64,000 nt of DNA, from the NCBI GenBank assembly GCA_002633005.1, contig NMRA01000967.1:13640-77639 (forward strand), given 5' to 3'. The position numbers and the translations under genes are program-made. The notes under the pieces are model-generated. The model saw nothing but the letters and a program-made list of their open reading frames with translations, made no database searches and was not told where the DNA came from. Below, piece after piece: positions 40,947 to 54,270 of this stretch. The stretch comes from Phoronis australis. Lineage: Eukaryota; Animalia; Phoronida. Within the stretch, counting starts at the first letter, position 1. Every line of letters starts with the position of its first letter.

Positions 40947-42814
40947 GTAAATATGCACGATCAACAATCCATACACATTTGGAAAAATTGACTTTAGTAA
41001 GCAGTTTTACCCCTCATCGTGTTTCAAATAGTTTTTCGTGAGCCACGGTAATGATTTATAAAAACTCTTGTGCTACGACTGTTGGAAAGTAAAGTCAGTT
41101 CATGGTTTTTAATCCTATCCTGACTTAAGAAGCAATTCAGTGTGTATTTGCGTTCAAACGTTTGCTTGGACAAGACTAAATATTAGTTCGCGACAGGGTG
41201 TACACCGTGAAGCTTCATTGTCTCGTTTTGTGTACACAGAGATGTTTAACCGAGTTACCTCAAGACAACTACATGTAGCTCTCTCTAGTGGCTGCAGTAA
41301 TGATCAATGTCACGTACTGAGGCACGATTAGGAACACGACACACCATTCATAAATCGAGGCAACCCAGAAAAAGAATCTCATATTACATGTTATGAAGTT
41401 ACGAAGTCTGGAGGTTTTGCGTTGGAAATCTTTAAAAGAGTTGATACTGAAACTGGACGATGGTCGTTTTAGTGTTTTTTTTTGCTGTACGTAGCCTAAA
41501 TCAGTAAAAAATGCTACAGTACGCAAATTTATTATAGCGGCTAAAATTCTATCCATTAGTTACAGCGAAAAAGCTTATGGACGTAATTTATATGAAAAAC
41601 GACAACGTCAATATTAATTGAAGCAAAACCTAGAGTAATAGCAAAGTAATTGAAGATAACTATGACTGAGTATGAAAACGTAACTGGGGTAAGCGCAATG
41701 TCGACGACAATGACTAGTCCACTGATGGTGAAAAACTATTCAACCGTAAACATGTAAGAAGTCTGCGCCTTCTATAAAAAATTTTTTGATACAGGGCACT
41801 TATCATTACAAAATTGGTTTCGGGTTATTCTTTACTTAAGAAAGTGATTTCAAGGCTTTTGAGAGGAACAAACAGTTCACTATAGCATCAAAGCGGAAGT
41901 CATTTGTGGCGCATGTCAAGTTCTGGGGTTTAGTTTTGCTGTTGAAGCCGAACACGGCTGAAACGAGTTTTTTTGTAAGCAATTTTAATTCAAACAAAGA
42001 ATAAGAATGCTAAGTTACTTTTGGGGTGGTTTTGGGTGCAACAGCGTACATGGTTCATAACGGTTTTATATAATGTCATTTGCGTAATGGAAGACTAATA
42101 TTGCGAGGACATGACTTCGCGCAATGATTGATAGAATATTTGTCTTTAGCGTCCGCGATGGGCGATTTCTGGGGGTGTGGGCGAATCCAGTCTCCGGAAA
42201 AATATCTTGCTCAGTCGGATCTCCCTGTGACTATTGTAAGGATAAAAAAGAAGATGGAAGTGGTTTGTTGTTTGACTTCCCATTAAAGCGTACCTATATA
42301 AAACACGAAATATAGGACTGTTAATTACTTTCTCTTTCCTCTGTCAATAAACACCTTTACACATCCACGAATAGAAATTAGTTGCATAGTTGGTTATCTA
42401 GTAAAATGCACAACAGTGCACAATTAGATATTGACGAGCCCAGGGGACTCGTTTATCATTCGATTTATCAATATAACTTTCCGTTAGTGTAAAAAAAATA
42501 GATCACCCGAGAGTCCATTTTATTAACGATAAAGTCACTGATCCGATCGTGATTCATTTGAGAAGCTATTTATACGGCAGAGTTTTTTTAATATTAGCCA
42601 CAAGACATTAATGGCGACCTGTTCCACCGGAGTCACGGGGGTCGGTGTCACACCAGGTAATCGCTTGTGATGGAAGACATTATTACGTTATATCTACTTC
42701 AATATTAACAGTTCGTTGTAATTTCTACAGCGAATTTGCGCTTCTGGGACTCACGCGTCTTGCCGCTAATACACATGTGTATTCTGTAGACTCATTCCAA
42801 TCTCTTCATTTCAG

Positions 42815-42942
42815 ACGCTGGAAAATCTTTCGGTGAGATAGCGCTGATATCCGAGGACTCCGTCAGAAACGCGTCCATCGTGGCGGATGAGGACACCGAT
42901 TTACTGGTCGTTCACAGAGACTTATTTAACAGCACGTTAAAA
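42815..42942 (+). CDS. CNBD2-like exon 4 (phosphate-binding cassette), copy a
   Basis: Acceptor tttcag, DAGKSFGEIALISEDSVRNASIVADEDTDLLVVHRDLFNSTLK, donor gtacga. Contains the FGE.AL...R.AS motif. Confidence 0.9.
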
Positions 42943-43266
42943 GTACGAGTTCTTCGTTGCTAGGGGTTTAACTGTAAACACGTGTCATATTGCGACCGAT
43001 CTACTTTTGTTTCACGGAAACGTAACTGGTATCTATCTCGATATGTCGCAATCATGCTTCAGAACGTAACTGATTCTTTTATTTAAACGTCGGTCTGTCA
43101 AGAATCAGATTTTAGGCTTACTATGCCTCTTTTGATGATCATAAAATTGGTCTCAAATTGTTTCCTGGCCCTGTTTAGTAGTGATTTCCGGCTTGCGAGG
43201 AATCGTCACTTCGTTACTACTTGACACAAGGCAAGTTTTCTAACAGGCTGGTTATGTTATTATGCG

Positions 43267-43415
43267 CAGTGATGTAGTGGTAAAATTAGAGGTAAGTGGG
43301 CGCCCATCGTATCACCTTGAGCACTGAACGTAATTTACGGTGCGTAGGCCCTACGTTCAATTGCCAAAAGGTGATTGGCTGCGCCTACGTGCGCCTACAC
43401 CCCACTACCACACTG
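43267..43415. mobile_element. hAT-type MITE (sibling of 30816-30971)
   Basis: TIRs cagtgatgtagtgg / ccactaccacactg with an 8 bp TSD attatgcg / attatgca. Confidence 0.85.
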
Positions 43416-43996
43416 ATTATGCACCGAGCAAGGACTCAAGCAATGACTGACAATCCTTGCCACGCTCACAAATCTGAGTAAAAAGCGAGCTGAAACTGGT
43501 TTTAAAATCGTGAGCGCTCTAAATCAACAGTGTGTCTTTATTGGCAAAAAGGTGGCTTATGACACATTTAAATTAGTAATTTAAACTTCACTTCAATGCA
43601 CTGACTTTACGGTGTTTGGAAATGTCATACAGTGTGAGCTCAGGGACCGCAGAATAACTGAAATAACGCTACACGTTGCTTTTCTTTTATCATGTTCAAA
43701 GTTCACGTGTAACCTAAAGTTATTGTTTACAAATGATTGTCGTCGTGCATTAAAATTCTAGAAAACGAAAAAGAAATAGTGCTCGTTTGCCCAAGTTCCG
43801 GTTTAGCTTCTGAGAAGTCGAACTCAAAATTATCTTTAACATTTTNTTGTAATGGAAGACATTATTACGTTATATCTACTTCAATATTAACAGTTCGTTG
43901 TAATTTCTACAGCGAATTTGCGCTTCTGGGACTCATGCGTCTTGCCGCCAATACACATGTGTATTCTGTAGACTCATTCCAATCTCTTCATTTCAG

Positions 43997-44124
43997 ACGC
44001 TGGAAAATCTTTTGGTGAGATAGCGCTGATATCCGAGGACTCCGTCAGAAACGCGTCCATTGTGGCGGATGAGGATACCGATTTACTGGTCGTTCACAGA
44101 GACTTATTTAACAGCACGTTAAAA
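43997..44124 (+). CDS. CNBD2-like exon 4, copy b (probably allelic)
   Basis: Same peptide as copy a with three synonymous differences (TTC/TTT, ATC/ATT, GAC/GAT). The duplicated block begins right after a single N at 43846. Confidence 0.75.
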
Positions 44125-44690
44125 GTACGAGTTCTTCGTTGCTAGGGGTTTAACTGTAAACACGTGTCATATTGTGACCGATCTACTTTTGTAACTGACA
44201 ATCCTTGCCACGCTCACAAATCTGAGTAAAAAGCGAACTGAAACTGGTTTTAAAATCGTGAGCGCTCTAAATCAACAGTGTGTCTTTATTGGCAAAAAGG
44301 TGGCTTATGACACATTTAAATTAGTAATTTAAACTTCACTTCAATGCACTGACTTTACGGTGTTTGGAAATGTCATACAGTGTGAGCTCAGGGACCGCAG
44401 AATAACTGAAATAACGCTACACGTTGCTTTTCTTTTATCATGTTCAAAGTTCACGTGTAACCTAAAGTTATTGTTTACAAATGATTGTCGTCGTGCATTA
44501 AAATTCTAGAAAACGAAAGAGAAATAGTGCTCGTTTGCCCAAGTTCCGGTTTAGCTTCTGAGAAATCGAACTCAAAATTATCTTTAACATTTTGCGTTCT
44601 ACTTTAGTAAGAGCTCAAGATAGATCTCTGTTATTGTGTGCTGAAATATAACGTGGCCTACGCGGATGACCGCGTACTCATATTTTGCAT

Positions 44691-44804
44691 TTGATGACCC
44701 CAACATCCAAACTACAAGTTCGAGTCTGAACTGGAAGTCTCGAGTTTTTACTCGAAATCTCGAGCTTTTACTAGAGTTCGAAGCTTGACTTTAGGGGTCA
44801 TCAA
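44691..44804. mobile_element. Short MITE/palindromic element
   Basis: Ends ttgatgacccc / ggggtcatcaa with internal ctcgag/tcga repeats. Confidence 0.6.
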
Positions 44805-45039
44805 GTGTAAGTTTCAACTGCACACTCGTTTGCGTAATCTGTGAAATATTCCTACACAGAATAATAGATAATTACTATGAGTTTGTATTGAAGAATGGAA
44901 AATACAAAAATATTTTCAATTTCAAGTAACAAGACCCGTTCTGCTGCTCATCTCTGGAAACTGTTACAGCTTGTTAGGCACTTTATATTCGAGACATAGG
45001 TCGAACAAAAATGATTTTATACATATATGTCGACTACAG

Positions 45040-45221
45040 GCCAAGCAAGAACAGGAATATCAAGAACGCAAAGACTTCGTTGACAGCAATCCTCTGTTTC
45101 GCCACTGGAACGCCAAATTCAAACGCCTGTTAGAGATGAGTTTAAGAAAGGAGGTCCTTCCATTCGATACAAGAATTGTGACCCAGGGTCAGCCAATTGT
45201 CGGACTGCATTTCATTATCAA
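45040..45221 (+). CDS. CNBD2-like exon 5
   Basis: Acceptor ctacag, AKQEQEYQERKDFVDSNPLFRHW..IVTQGQPIVGLHFII, donor gtaag. Start of the second cNMP domain. Confidence 0.9.
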
Positions 45222-45469
45222 GTAAGACTGAAGATGAAACAATTAAAAAGCCGAGTCAAACTGTTGAGAGAAAAACTACTTCTTTTTGGTTAGCGAGAAT
45301 GCTTTAAAAAAGGAGAGAAAGTTTTTAAAGAGTCAAAATAATGCGTAAGTAGATTTGTTAGTCAAGGTTAATTGTACGGTTTAAAACACGAGATTAACTA
45401 ATAACTACAAAAACGTGAAAGAAAAATGCCCTTTTTTTGTAATTGCATGTTATAATTACTTTGTTTTAG

Positions 45470-45562
45470 GGGCCAAGCGAAAGTGACGGTGGTACCTAGC
45501 AATCACAGACGTCAGTTTCCACGTTTATTTGATGACGTCAACATCTACGACATTCAAAAAAG
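45470..45562 (+). CDS. CNBD2-like exon 6
   Basis: Acceptor ttgttttag, (K)GQAKVTVVPSNHRRQFPRLFDDVNIYDIQK, donor gtaatt. Phases 2/2. Confidence 0.8.
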
Positions 45563-46623
45563 GTAATTTCTACAGTCTTCTTAAACCATTTTCGAAAAAT
45601 ATCGTTAATGTTGTTCTCGTGAAAACTTTTTGAGGAATGAAAGTGTCACAGAACCTCATCGAGAAATATTTCTACTGTTGCTGTAGCGTGTAACGTAAAG
45701 TTAATTTGTCGCATACGTCCCCGAAGGTTAGTTACACAAAAGGATCAGGGCCCGTGACTACCAAACCTTAATTGATACTCACATCGCGTGAAATTAGAAA
45801 AACGGCTCGGAGTGTGGCACGCGATTCGTTTATTCTCGAGTCGAGTATCGAGAAGAGTTTGACAGTCACGGACCAGATCCTAGGCCCGTTGTCTAAACTC
45901 TGTTCTCGACTCGAAATTTGGCCAGTGAAACAGTACATTCAGTCGAGTAAACTTTCGAATTTGTACTCGAAAACTGCCGCATGATTTGTTAACAAGTTTC
46001 AAATCTGAGGCTCTGACTTGAGTGTGAGTTGTTGAAAATTAGTCCCTGGACCCTGGTCGTCTACTGAACTTTTTCATAACTAAAGCAACATCATCGGCGA
46101 GGAAATGGGTTTCCTGAAATCAGCCCCAGCGCGGATTCTATCCGACGGGATCCTAGTTCGCGTTCTCAGCCAAACGCTCTGCTGACGAGCTAAATAACGT
46201 TCGACAGATTACCCGGTAATTTGAGCCGAGCAAACGCCTCCGGTAGACATCGGAGACAATTGGCGATTTGAAATAAAATCCCAAAAACACAACTTATTTT
46301 TGTTGTTTTATAGTTATGATCAAAGCTAATAACTTCGAAAAGTCTGCCCCAACCAACAACAATCCACAAAGTGTTGGCTTTAAAACGACAATGTACCTTA
46401 ACAGCGTTTGTCGTGGATGCATAAAATACTCATTTTTTTCGACGGAACTGTCATCAATATACTCAGAAATCACATATTTTTGTCATTCAAACCATGACTG
46501 TCATGAAAGTCAATGTAAAAGAACAACGTCAAGTCTGCATTAAGGCAGTGTCCAGGTATTCGCTCAATAGCATGCAGAGAGGAAGCTCTCTCTTCTGTTA
46601 CATTCACTCGCACGTCATTCCAG

Positions 46624-46784
46624 GTCAGGGAAACAAGAAACGACGAAAGGCCGTACACCAACAGAACACGTGTGTACGCAGAATCAAATTCGAATCCGGA
46701 GGAACGAAGGATACGCAGCCGCTGAAAGAAGGTTAGCACACAAACAAGTGAACTTGTGTTCTGTGGAGGAAAACGAAGTAATAG
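46624..46784 (+). CDS. CNBD2-like exon 7
   Basis: Acceptor ttccag, (R)SGKQETTKGRTPTEHVCTQNQIRIRRNEGYAAAERRLAHKQVNLCSVEENEVI, donor gtaaaa. Phases 2/1 join exon 8 to give EVIGDVE. Confidence 0.75.
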
Positions 46785-47035
46785 GTAAAAAATTATCTTC
46801 GTAGTCTTTGTAGTCGTCACAGTCACCACGTCATCATCACCATCAAGTTCCCCGCCTTCGCCGCCATCAACAGAAAACAATGGAAGACGTGCTTTTAATC
46901 GCATCATCCCCATCATCGCGACATTATCACTGTCATTGTCAAATAGGGAATCGTCAATCGTCACTTATCGTCGTTGTCACCATCCCCACCATCACCACCA
47001 TCATCATCACTGCATGACTGCCAATGTCTTATAAC

Positions 47036-47554
47036 CAGCGTTCGAAATACACCCTGGCCCGGTGGCCCGGGGCCAGTAACTTTTGGCCCGGCGGGCCAGT
47101 AAACTTTCACATATAGGCCCCATGTGGATACAGTCTCATATTCGATTAATTCAAAAAGGGCTAATTTTGTTTGCCTCTCATCTCTTGAACGCCAACGAGT
47201 TTGAAGCCTGTGGGCAATGAATCCGCCAACGCCCCATTCACTTTGTTTACTCATATTGTAGAACTCTATGTATTGATGCAACGTGTTAAGCAAAAATATA
47301 CTAGTTGAATTCGTATCCACAGCTTACGTGGTGTTCATGTGTACATCTCAGTTACCTACAACTCCTCACCTAGTGTTAATAGCATTAACAAATAGGGTTC
47401 TTAAGCACATGGGCATTTAGTGTAAAGGAAAAGATTGAGGAAAACGTAGATAGGATGGTAAAAGCATGGCCAGCAACTTGACAGCCGGGTCAGTAAATTT
47501 CAGACCAACTGGCCTGGCGGGCCAGCACATTTATTTGCTGAAGTTCGAACACTG
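47036..47554. mobile_element. hAT-type non-autonomous element inserted in a (CAT/TCA)n low-complexity tract
   Basis: TIRs cagcgttcgaa / ttcgaacactg, 8 bp TSD cttataac / gttataac, subterminal ggccc motifs. Confidence 0.85.
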
Positions 47555-47989
47555 GTTATAACCTTCATCATCATTGTCACCACATCATCACAATCATCAT
47601 CATCATCATCTCTATCCACATCGTCACCATCGAATTTTTTAAGAATGTTCAATGACGTTTTACTTGTAAACTTTCAATTTTGGTTGTGATGAAGTAATTT
47701 ATTTGGCAAAAGCATGTGTTTTCGTGGAATCCACACAATTTCGTTAATTGTTTCATTAAAATAACATAACAAATTTACAGTCTTAACCAATTCTTTGTGA
47801 ATCAAAAATGTCACATCTAAATTTGTAGAGAAAAACAGAAAAACACAATAAAATATTATTTAAAAGGCATTGCATCGGTGCATGTATGTAACGGCCTTTA
47901 GTACGTTTCACCGAGTTTTTGGTGTGTTTGTTACCTCTTTCAAATCTGGTTACTGCAGTTTTTCATTTTTTTTTCGAACGTTTTTCAAG

Positions 47990-48912
47990 GTGACGTTGAA
48001 ATGGTATTCGACATGGCAACGTATCTACAAACTGTTACGTGTACGTCAAACACCGTGGTGATGATTCTTGACGTCAAGAACTATGAGCGGCTGATTACGA
48101 AGAAAAATCCGCAGACGATCGACCAAATGAGAAACACAATTGAAGCTAAACTTAGGGGCAAACTGCGATCGTCAAATGGTGCACAAATATCGCTGTTTAA
48201 AAACGTCATAGAGAAAATAGAAAGTCTGAAGCCAAGCAAACGCCAACAAGCTGTAGTGGAAGAGGAAATGTTAGAAAAGGATGACATGTACACACAGCTC
48301 ATTGATTTGTATTTAGAAGACAAAGTTTCCACACTGGTGGACCCGGTCGTACCGAATGCTGTCTTTTATCGGTATAAAACAGTGCAGAAGCGCAAAGCAA
48401 AGGAGGCGTGGGAGAAGCGAATGAGTTCTGTTGGGTCAGCTGGTCAAGTTAAATGGACAGATGCCAGAAGGAGGGAAAACTCCAGACGAAGCACCCGTCG
48501 GCCGCGCAGTCGCCGCGAGCTTCAAAGTATAACTATAGGACCACCGCCGGGGCAATTTCGAAATAGACCCGGCACTGCTCCTCCCAGAGTGAGAAATCGC
48601 GACATTGACTCGAACGATGCAAACGTTGGAGATAAGACTTTTATAACTGAACTTCCTGAAGGAATCATACATGGCAATGGAGGGAATCATTCGCAAAATG
48701 TAGAAGAGAAATCAAGTGGTTTGAAGTTCATTCAAAATGGCCGCCACGTAACAACACCAGCAGAGGAAGACGACGTCTACTTTGACATGGAAACAAGTCA
48801 CTCAGTACTCGCTGATTTGGAACAGAGATTGCATTTATTTCACGCGAGAATGTGTGAGAATGAAAGGCGGCAAACAACAAGAGTGACTGAACTGAAACGC
48901 TTTCAAGTTCAG
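47990..48912 (+). CDS. CNBD2-like exon 8
   Basis: Acceptor tttttcaag, GDVEMVFDMATYLQTVTCT...ELKRFQVQ, donor gtaagt. This is the longest ORF in the window. Confidence 0.9.
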
Positions 48913-49662
48913 GTAAGTATTGGGCAGTGGTGTAGTCTTAGACTGAACTTCATTGTAAAATCAAATTATACGAGTTTTCCAGTTTTAGAAACTATATTAT
49001 CCTTTTACTGAGTTAATATCTATAGGTTTGACTTAGTCCATAACCTAAACATTTTCCTTTCGTATACCGTGGTTGGGTCTCCTTGCGTCTAGTTGGTCCA
49101 CTGTTGATAATTCTAAATGGTAACTTACCAACCGATAGTTATCCGAGAGATAGTGATAACTTTTGAGGGAAAATATATTGAAAACCAGAGAGCTCAACAA
49201 GTACAGATTAACCTATTAGCAAACTTTGTCCTTTTGATCTTTCAAATCGTTTAAATTAAATTCAACCCTATATCACCAGTGCAGTTTTTGACCACATATT
49301 AAAAATCGTCCATGCCTAAGCTAAGACAAAAGTAACGGATGGTGTCCCTCTAGATTGCACATGCCTTCTCACTGCATGTCATATAGGAAAACTAGTTCGG
49401 GCGAACAGAAAGTTCTAGACATTCCGTGAAAAACTTGCGACAAAGGGCGATAAAGGCACTGCACATGTGAAGTTCATCATATATTCCTGTACGCTTACGT
49501 CACTTTTTGACTGAATATGTGTTGTCTGATTCTTAATCATGATTGCCGTTTTTTAGACAAGTCTCATAAACAAATTTCATATTTAGAATACGAAGCTTAT
49601 CTAGTACTTTCGATCTTTCGGCATATAGTCTTGAGTACATTGAATGACATTTATTCTTTCAG

Positions 49663-50019
49663 AATGCCTTGTCTGTACCAGTCCCGGGAGGCACTGTATA
49701 CGTGAAGAGGAAACCGTGCAAGTTTGCTTCCAAACAGCCGAAGACGTACGGTGATGACCCGCATTCCACACACGAACACGTGCGCAGATTCATGCTTCCA
49801 AAGAACTCTTTTGTAAATGGAACGATGATAAATGTTGATCAGCAAAAACTAGTGGCCAACGGCTTGGTTCCAGAAGTTAACAACAATAGTGATTCTAGTG
49901 AGATGAGCTGGGTCGAGGATGACCAGCCCTTGTCAAGATCTGAATCTCCCAAGACGGAAAAGCCCAACCGTAGACCACGCCCCGTCACAGCGTGCGCGCG
50001 GTTGGTGTCGGCGAATTGA
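49663..50019 (+). CDS. CNBD2-like exon 9 (terminal)
   Basis: Acceptor ttctttcag, NALSVPVPGGTVYVKRKPCKF..RPVTACARLVSAN*. The joined CDS with one exon 4 is 2331 nt, 776 aa, with no internal stops seen. Confidence 0.8.
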   Translation, partial: NALSVPVPGGTVYVKRKPCKFASKQPKTYGDDPHSTHEHVRRFMLPKNSFVNGTMINVDQQKLVANGLVPEVNNNSDSSEMSWVEDDQPLSRSESPKTEKPNRRPRPVTACARLVSAN

Positions 50020-51243
50020 CACTACTGAATGTTCCATCTGCTGCTTTCGATTGGTTTTTTTAGAAGAACCACTGAAGTTCACAGTAGTTGAGAAAACGAG
50101 GGGGATAAAGTATTCGGTACTGTTGTTTTTATTAGACAACTCTTACGCTAACAGGGTTTGCACCCCCAGAGTATCCAGCGAATTCCTCGGCACATCGAAG
50201 GCTTGACGGTGCCGTCACAGATTGACTAAAGTAAGCTAATTGCTATTCATGGTCTTCAGTTGGCCCGAATGTGTATTGGATGAGATAATTGCGATCGTAA
50301 AAAACGCGCCTGTTTAGCGTGCAAGTTTCAAAGTATATAAAAAAACGAATAACAAGTAAGTAAACGACCAACAGGGAAATGTAAATATTAGCCGTCTTCG
50401 AATTTTTAAAATCAGTGCATTATAAGAAAAATTAGCGAATAGGATTTCTTCAGCAGCGCGACTAAGCCACGAGTTAGTCACAGTCGCTTAGGCGTTGGGG
50501 TAAAAACCCAAATGTTAGCGAAGGAGTTGCCTCATCACACGCTTTAATTGTTCAACTTGCATAAAGGCTCCTCAACGCGGCCATCATGATACCTCAGGTC
50601 CGCTGAAACGAATGTGTCTTTGATCTTGTCCGCCACTTGACCTCCCAAAATGTGCCATTGAAATATTGTATGTACGAATTAAAATTTTAGTAAGTATACG
50701 ATTAGAAAATATCTGAAAATACTCGGAAATACCTCATTCATGAATTTCACCAGAAACAGTAGAGGGGAAGACAAATCTCTTAGCGTCTTCGATTCCACCA
50801 AGTACCTAGTCACCAGGTGGCATGACCGTTTCGTCCAACAGAGTCCGTTCAACTAGAACTGCTAATGAACATATCGTTGAAATCTACATTTTGGGTGTCC
50901 GCTCAGAACTAGTTTGTCCAAGGTACAACTTACGAAAAGGGTAAAAAAGGAAAGTTATCAAATGCAGACAAAGTTGCTTTGCGTTGCTTTTGATGCCCGA
51001 TATTACAAAATGTCACTTTTTTTCGTCTAAAAATACGGCATCTAATTACATGTGGAGATAATCTCACCCGATCAAAGTAAAATAATACGCTAGTCTTGGC
51101 ACTTACGAAATAAATGGCCACAAATGAAAGCTCAGCATACCACAATAACTATCAATAGCCCATCACACAAAGTGGACTTGGCAAAGCACTAGAGAGCGAA
51201 GAGGACCGCACCCAAAACAACACACAAAGATACAAGTAAGACT

Positions 51244-51249
51244 TTTATT
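51244..51249 (-). terminator. Candidate polyadenylation signal of the FEZ gene (~3 kb 3' UTR)
   Basis: Minus-strand AATAAA followed by GU-rich tctttgtgtgttgttttggg. Confidence 0.5.
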
Positions 51250-52715
51250 CTCGTAAGAATGGTAACAACACATATTGTAGCAAAACTAGTTTCCACTAAA
51301 GTATGCTCACGTGCAGGTCAAAGCACTACTAGAGAGAGCCTCCCATAGACGCTAGAACCTCGCACAACCAAAGATATTGACAGGTATTGCAAGTTAAGCA
51401 CGTGACCCCACTGGCTTTACTCGCGAGATTCTCGAGTCAACGGAAATCAGCCCTGGATACTCTAAACTAAGAGATAAATGTCAAAAGGTTCATTGGAACA
51501 CATGTCTGAAGTCGCACCTTGTGCTAATTATGTCAAGGCAAAATTGCAAAATTCATACTTATATAACTAAGGTATTCAGCAGTGAATCCCATTCAAACAA
51601 TCACTGAACTTCCTTCAATTTCAGTCCCTGGTGTTATCAGGAGTAATTAAGAACTCTAACCTGCAGTGTTGAAGAACCAAAACAAAGTGCTCAAAGTAAC
51701 AGTTCCCAGGTGGCGCTGCATGAGTCGCTAAGTTAATGGCTGCATATCAAGTTAGCAACTTCACAGAATGTTCAGTCTTTTTTGAAGTACAAGGTTTTGC
51801 ATTTTGTGAATAAACAGTAAACCCACGATACAGTTAAGTACAATTAAAGATACAGAATTTTCCAAAACAAAAAATTTTGCGATTTCTTTATCTGTATCGC
51901 GGAACTGAAAACTATTAACTGCAAAAAATATAAACTTGACCTTTGTGTAAAACATTCTTCAATTGAGTGGCAGCAACATTGGACATCAGCTGTTTAATTT
52001 CACACCAAGCTAGATGAACTTCCCAGCTTTGAACTAATTTTGAGTTGCATATTTTAATATGTATTGCTTGCTCAATAACTTTACTATTGGTAACTTAGTG
52101 GAAAGAAAGTCTAATCTGCTGTAGGAACGCGCTATACCAACTTGACGTGGGAAAAATGCGATTAGAAAATGAAAACCAATAATCCATAAGTCCCTGAAGA
52201 TATTGATCACTAATAGTTTGAATGAGGGAAAGAAAACAACCTTGCTAACCTAATTAACACAAGTGGGGAGAACACAAAAAGCAATTCACTTCCTCAACGA
52301 AATGGGGAATTCCCTTTCTTGACGAAAACAGGAGATGAAGTGAACACGGTAAGAGTGAGTGGGCGACTGAAATTCCAGGGCAACTCAAGTACTGCAGAGG
52401 TATCAGTGTAATATTTTGCATTTCAAAGCGCCTGTGAACACACAACACATTACATTATGAATACTCTTAGCACAGCATATCACAAAGGGGAATACAGTTG
52501 TCCACGTAGGAGAAAATAGAAGGTAATGGATTTCTGTATTAACTTATGAGTGCTACACAATATCAGTGTGATACTGGATGCCAAATGGTTAACTGTAATT
52601 CAACAGGGCATCCGCAAGAAAGGAACGTTGCATACCCTTACCTCGGCAGCAGCTAATTAATATATTGTCAGACAGTAATTACGTGTATGACAACTAAGCA
52701 GCTAAACAGTTGCTG

Positions 52716-52844
52716 ACTTTTTCAATAGAAAGGGGATGTTCACAGGCACATGAAGATCACTTTTTCAATAGAAAGGGGATGTTCACAGGCACATGAAGAT
52801 CACTTTTTCAATAGAAAGGGGATGTTCACAGGCACATGAAGATC
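52716..52844. repeat. Three perfect 43 bp tandem copies
   Basis: actttttcaatagaaaggggatgttcacaggcacatgaagatc at 52716, 52759 and 52802. Confidence 0.97.
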
Positions 52845-54250
52845 TAAGTTAGTATGGTGACTAAGTCATTAAGTGTTTTCCTCTATCAATGCTATATATC
52901 ATTACAACGATGCAAACTGGGGTACAAAGAGTACAAAAAATTTAAAACTTTAAAATATCCAAAATCTCATTTGAGTAAAACAAACAAAACGAAATACACA
53001 GACAATTCATTCAAGCTTAATTCATAGCCAGATAGGCTTCTATGCAAATGATAGTCACATCTTAACATTCAGCTAAATAATGAAATGCTTTAAAACACTA
53101 TGATACAGATATCAGCACATATTTACTATCACTACACTCCCTCTACACATGACTACAATGCAGCCACTCAAATCTTCAGCACATTTTGCTGGTCTCCACC
53201 AAATTTTCAAAACAGTACTTGACAACACATTCTTTAAAAAGTGTGAAATTTTCCCACTAAATAACATAAAACTTTCTCTACAAGAAACACCCAAAATGTA
53301 AAATGTTCCAATTATCATGAGGAAACCCATCGTATGTGGTTAGAAATTTACACAAGGCAATTTGTATATTTTAGAATGGGACTTTGAACAAAATGTCCCA
53401 AGACTAACTAAATTTGCTATGGCACCTTCTGGTCAACTAAACCAAGGGCCCGTTCCATCAAACGTCTTGAAGGCCATAGTCAAGACCGCCATAGGCATGT
53501 TACTACGTTACTGCAAAGACAACGCAGCATTTTGGCATCAGCGAAGTGAATACCACAAGATGTAAACGTGATCCAAGGTCACATTCCAGCTGAACGCCGA
53601 CCTTCAAAAACCACATTGACGAATAGATTAATTTCAGACCAAAAGTGTCTCGAGACTTGTCAGACATTTTGTCATCCCCTCGCTAGTAGCGAAAAAAATT
53701 TAATCTCACTCCAGTAAAGTAGAAAGTCTTTACGACCACACCCTGAATTGCAAGAAAATCAGACAATTTTTGTAAACAGTGATGAGTCAACAAAAACATG
53801 GCAAAAACGTTGCACAGTAATACTGAAGTGGCAGTGGAAGTCTTAAGTCACATTTCACGGAACAGACGTCTGCTCAGTGGAAACAAGCTTCCCCACAGTG
53901 CACACTCCACAATTCTGCTATTACAGTCAATAATCTATTAACTTAAGTTGACTGAAAGCTCTTCCCCCCAGTTTTCTCCACCCCCCTTTTCCTTACCACA
54001 GTCATAACACTACTCGCTGACTATACACTACTGCACATTTGTACACGTAATCGTTAGATACATGTAAAATAAGTTTCAACAATAAGCAACATGATTATCA
54101 TGACGTCACCTTAAATAACACATCGCAGTATACCGACTTGTATAAATATTGCACGTTAAACCAAGGACAATTCCTGACATTTCCACACGCATCAGTAGTC
54201 AGCCACTGTTTCAAGCTCGTGTTCACATCTAAGCAGGCATCTATCTCACT

Positions 54251-54270
54251 TCATGATGTGGGACACAACA
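54251..54270 (-). CDS. FEZ2: FEZ/UNC-76 terminal coding exon (VLCPTS*)
   Basis: Acceptor aatatttcag, then (G)TG TTG TGT CCC ACA TCA TGA. This completes the FEZ C-terminus LLTDYILKVLCPT. Confidence 0.88.

Noticed and set aside
46122-46196. Functional tRNA gene
   Set aside because: The B box is degenerate, there is no complete cloverleaf, and it is part of an interspersed repeat.
46470-47320. Asp/Gly-rich minus-strand ORFs of 164 and 119 aa
   Set aside because: They are antisense to a CNBD2-like exon, a (CAT)n low-complexity tract and an hAT element.
52716-52844. CRISPR-like array
   Set aside because: The units are contiguous and identical with no spacers, the context is eukaryotic, and there are no cas genes.
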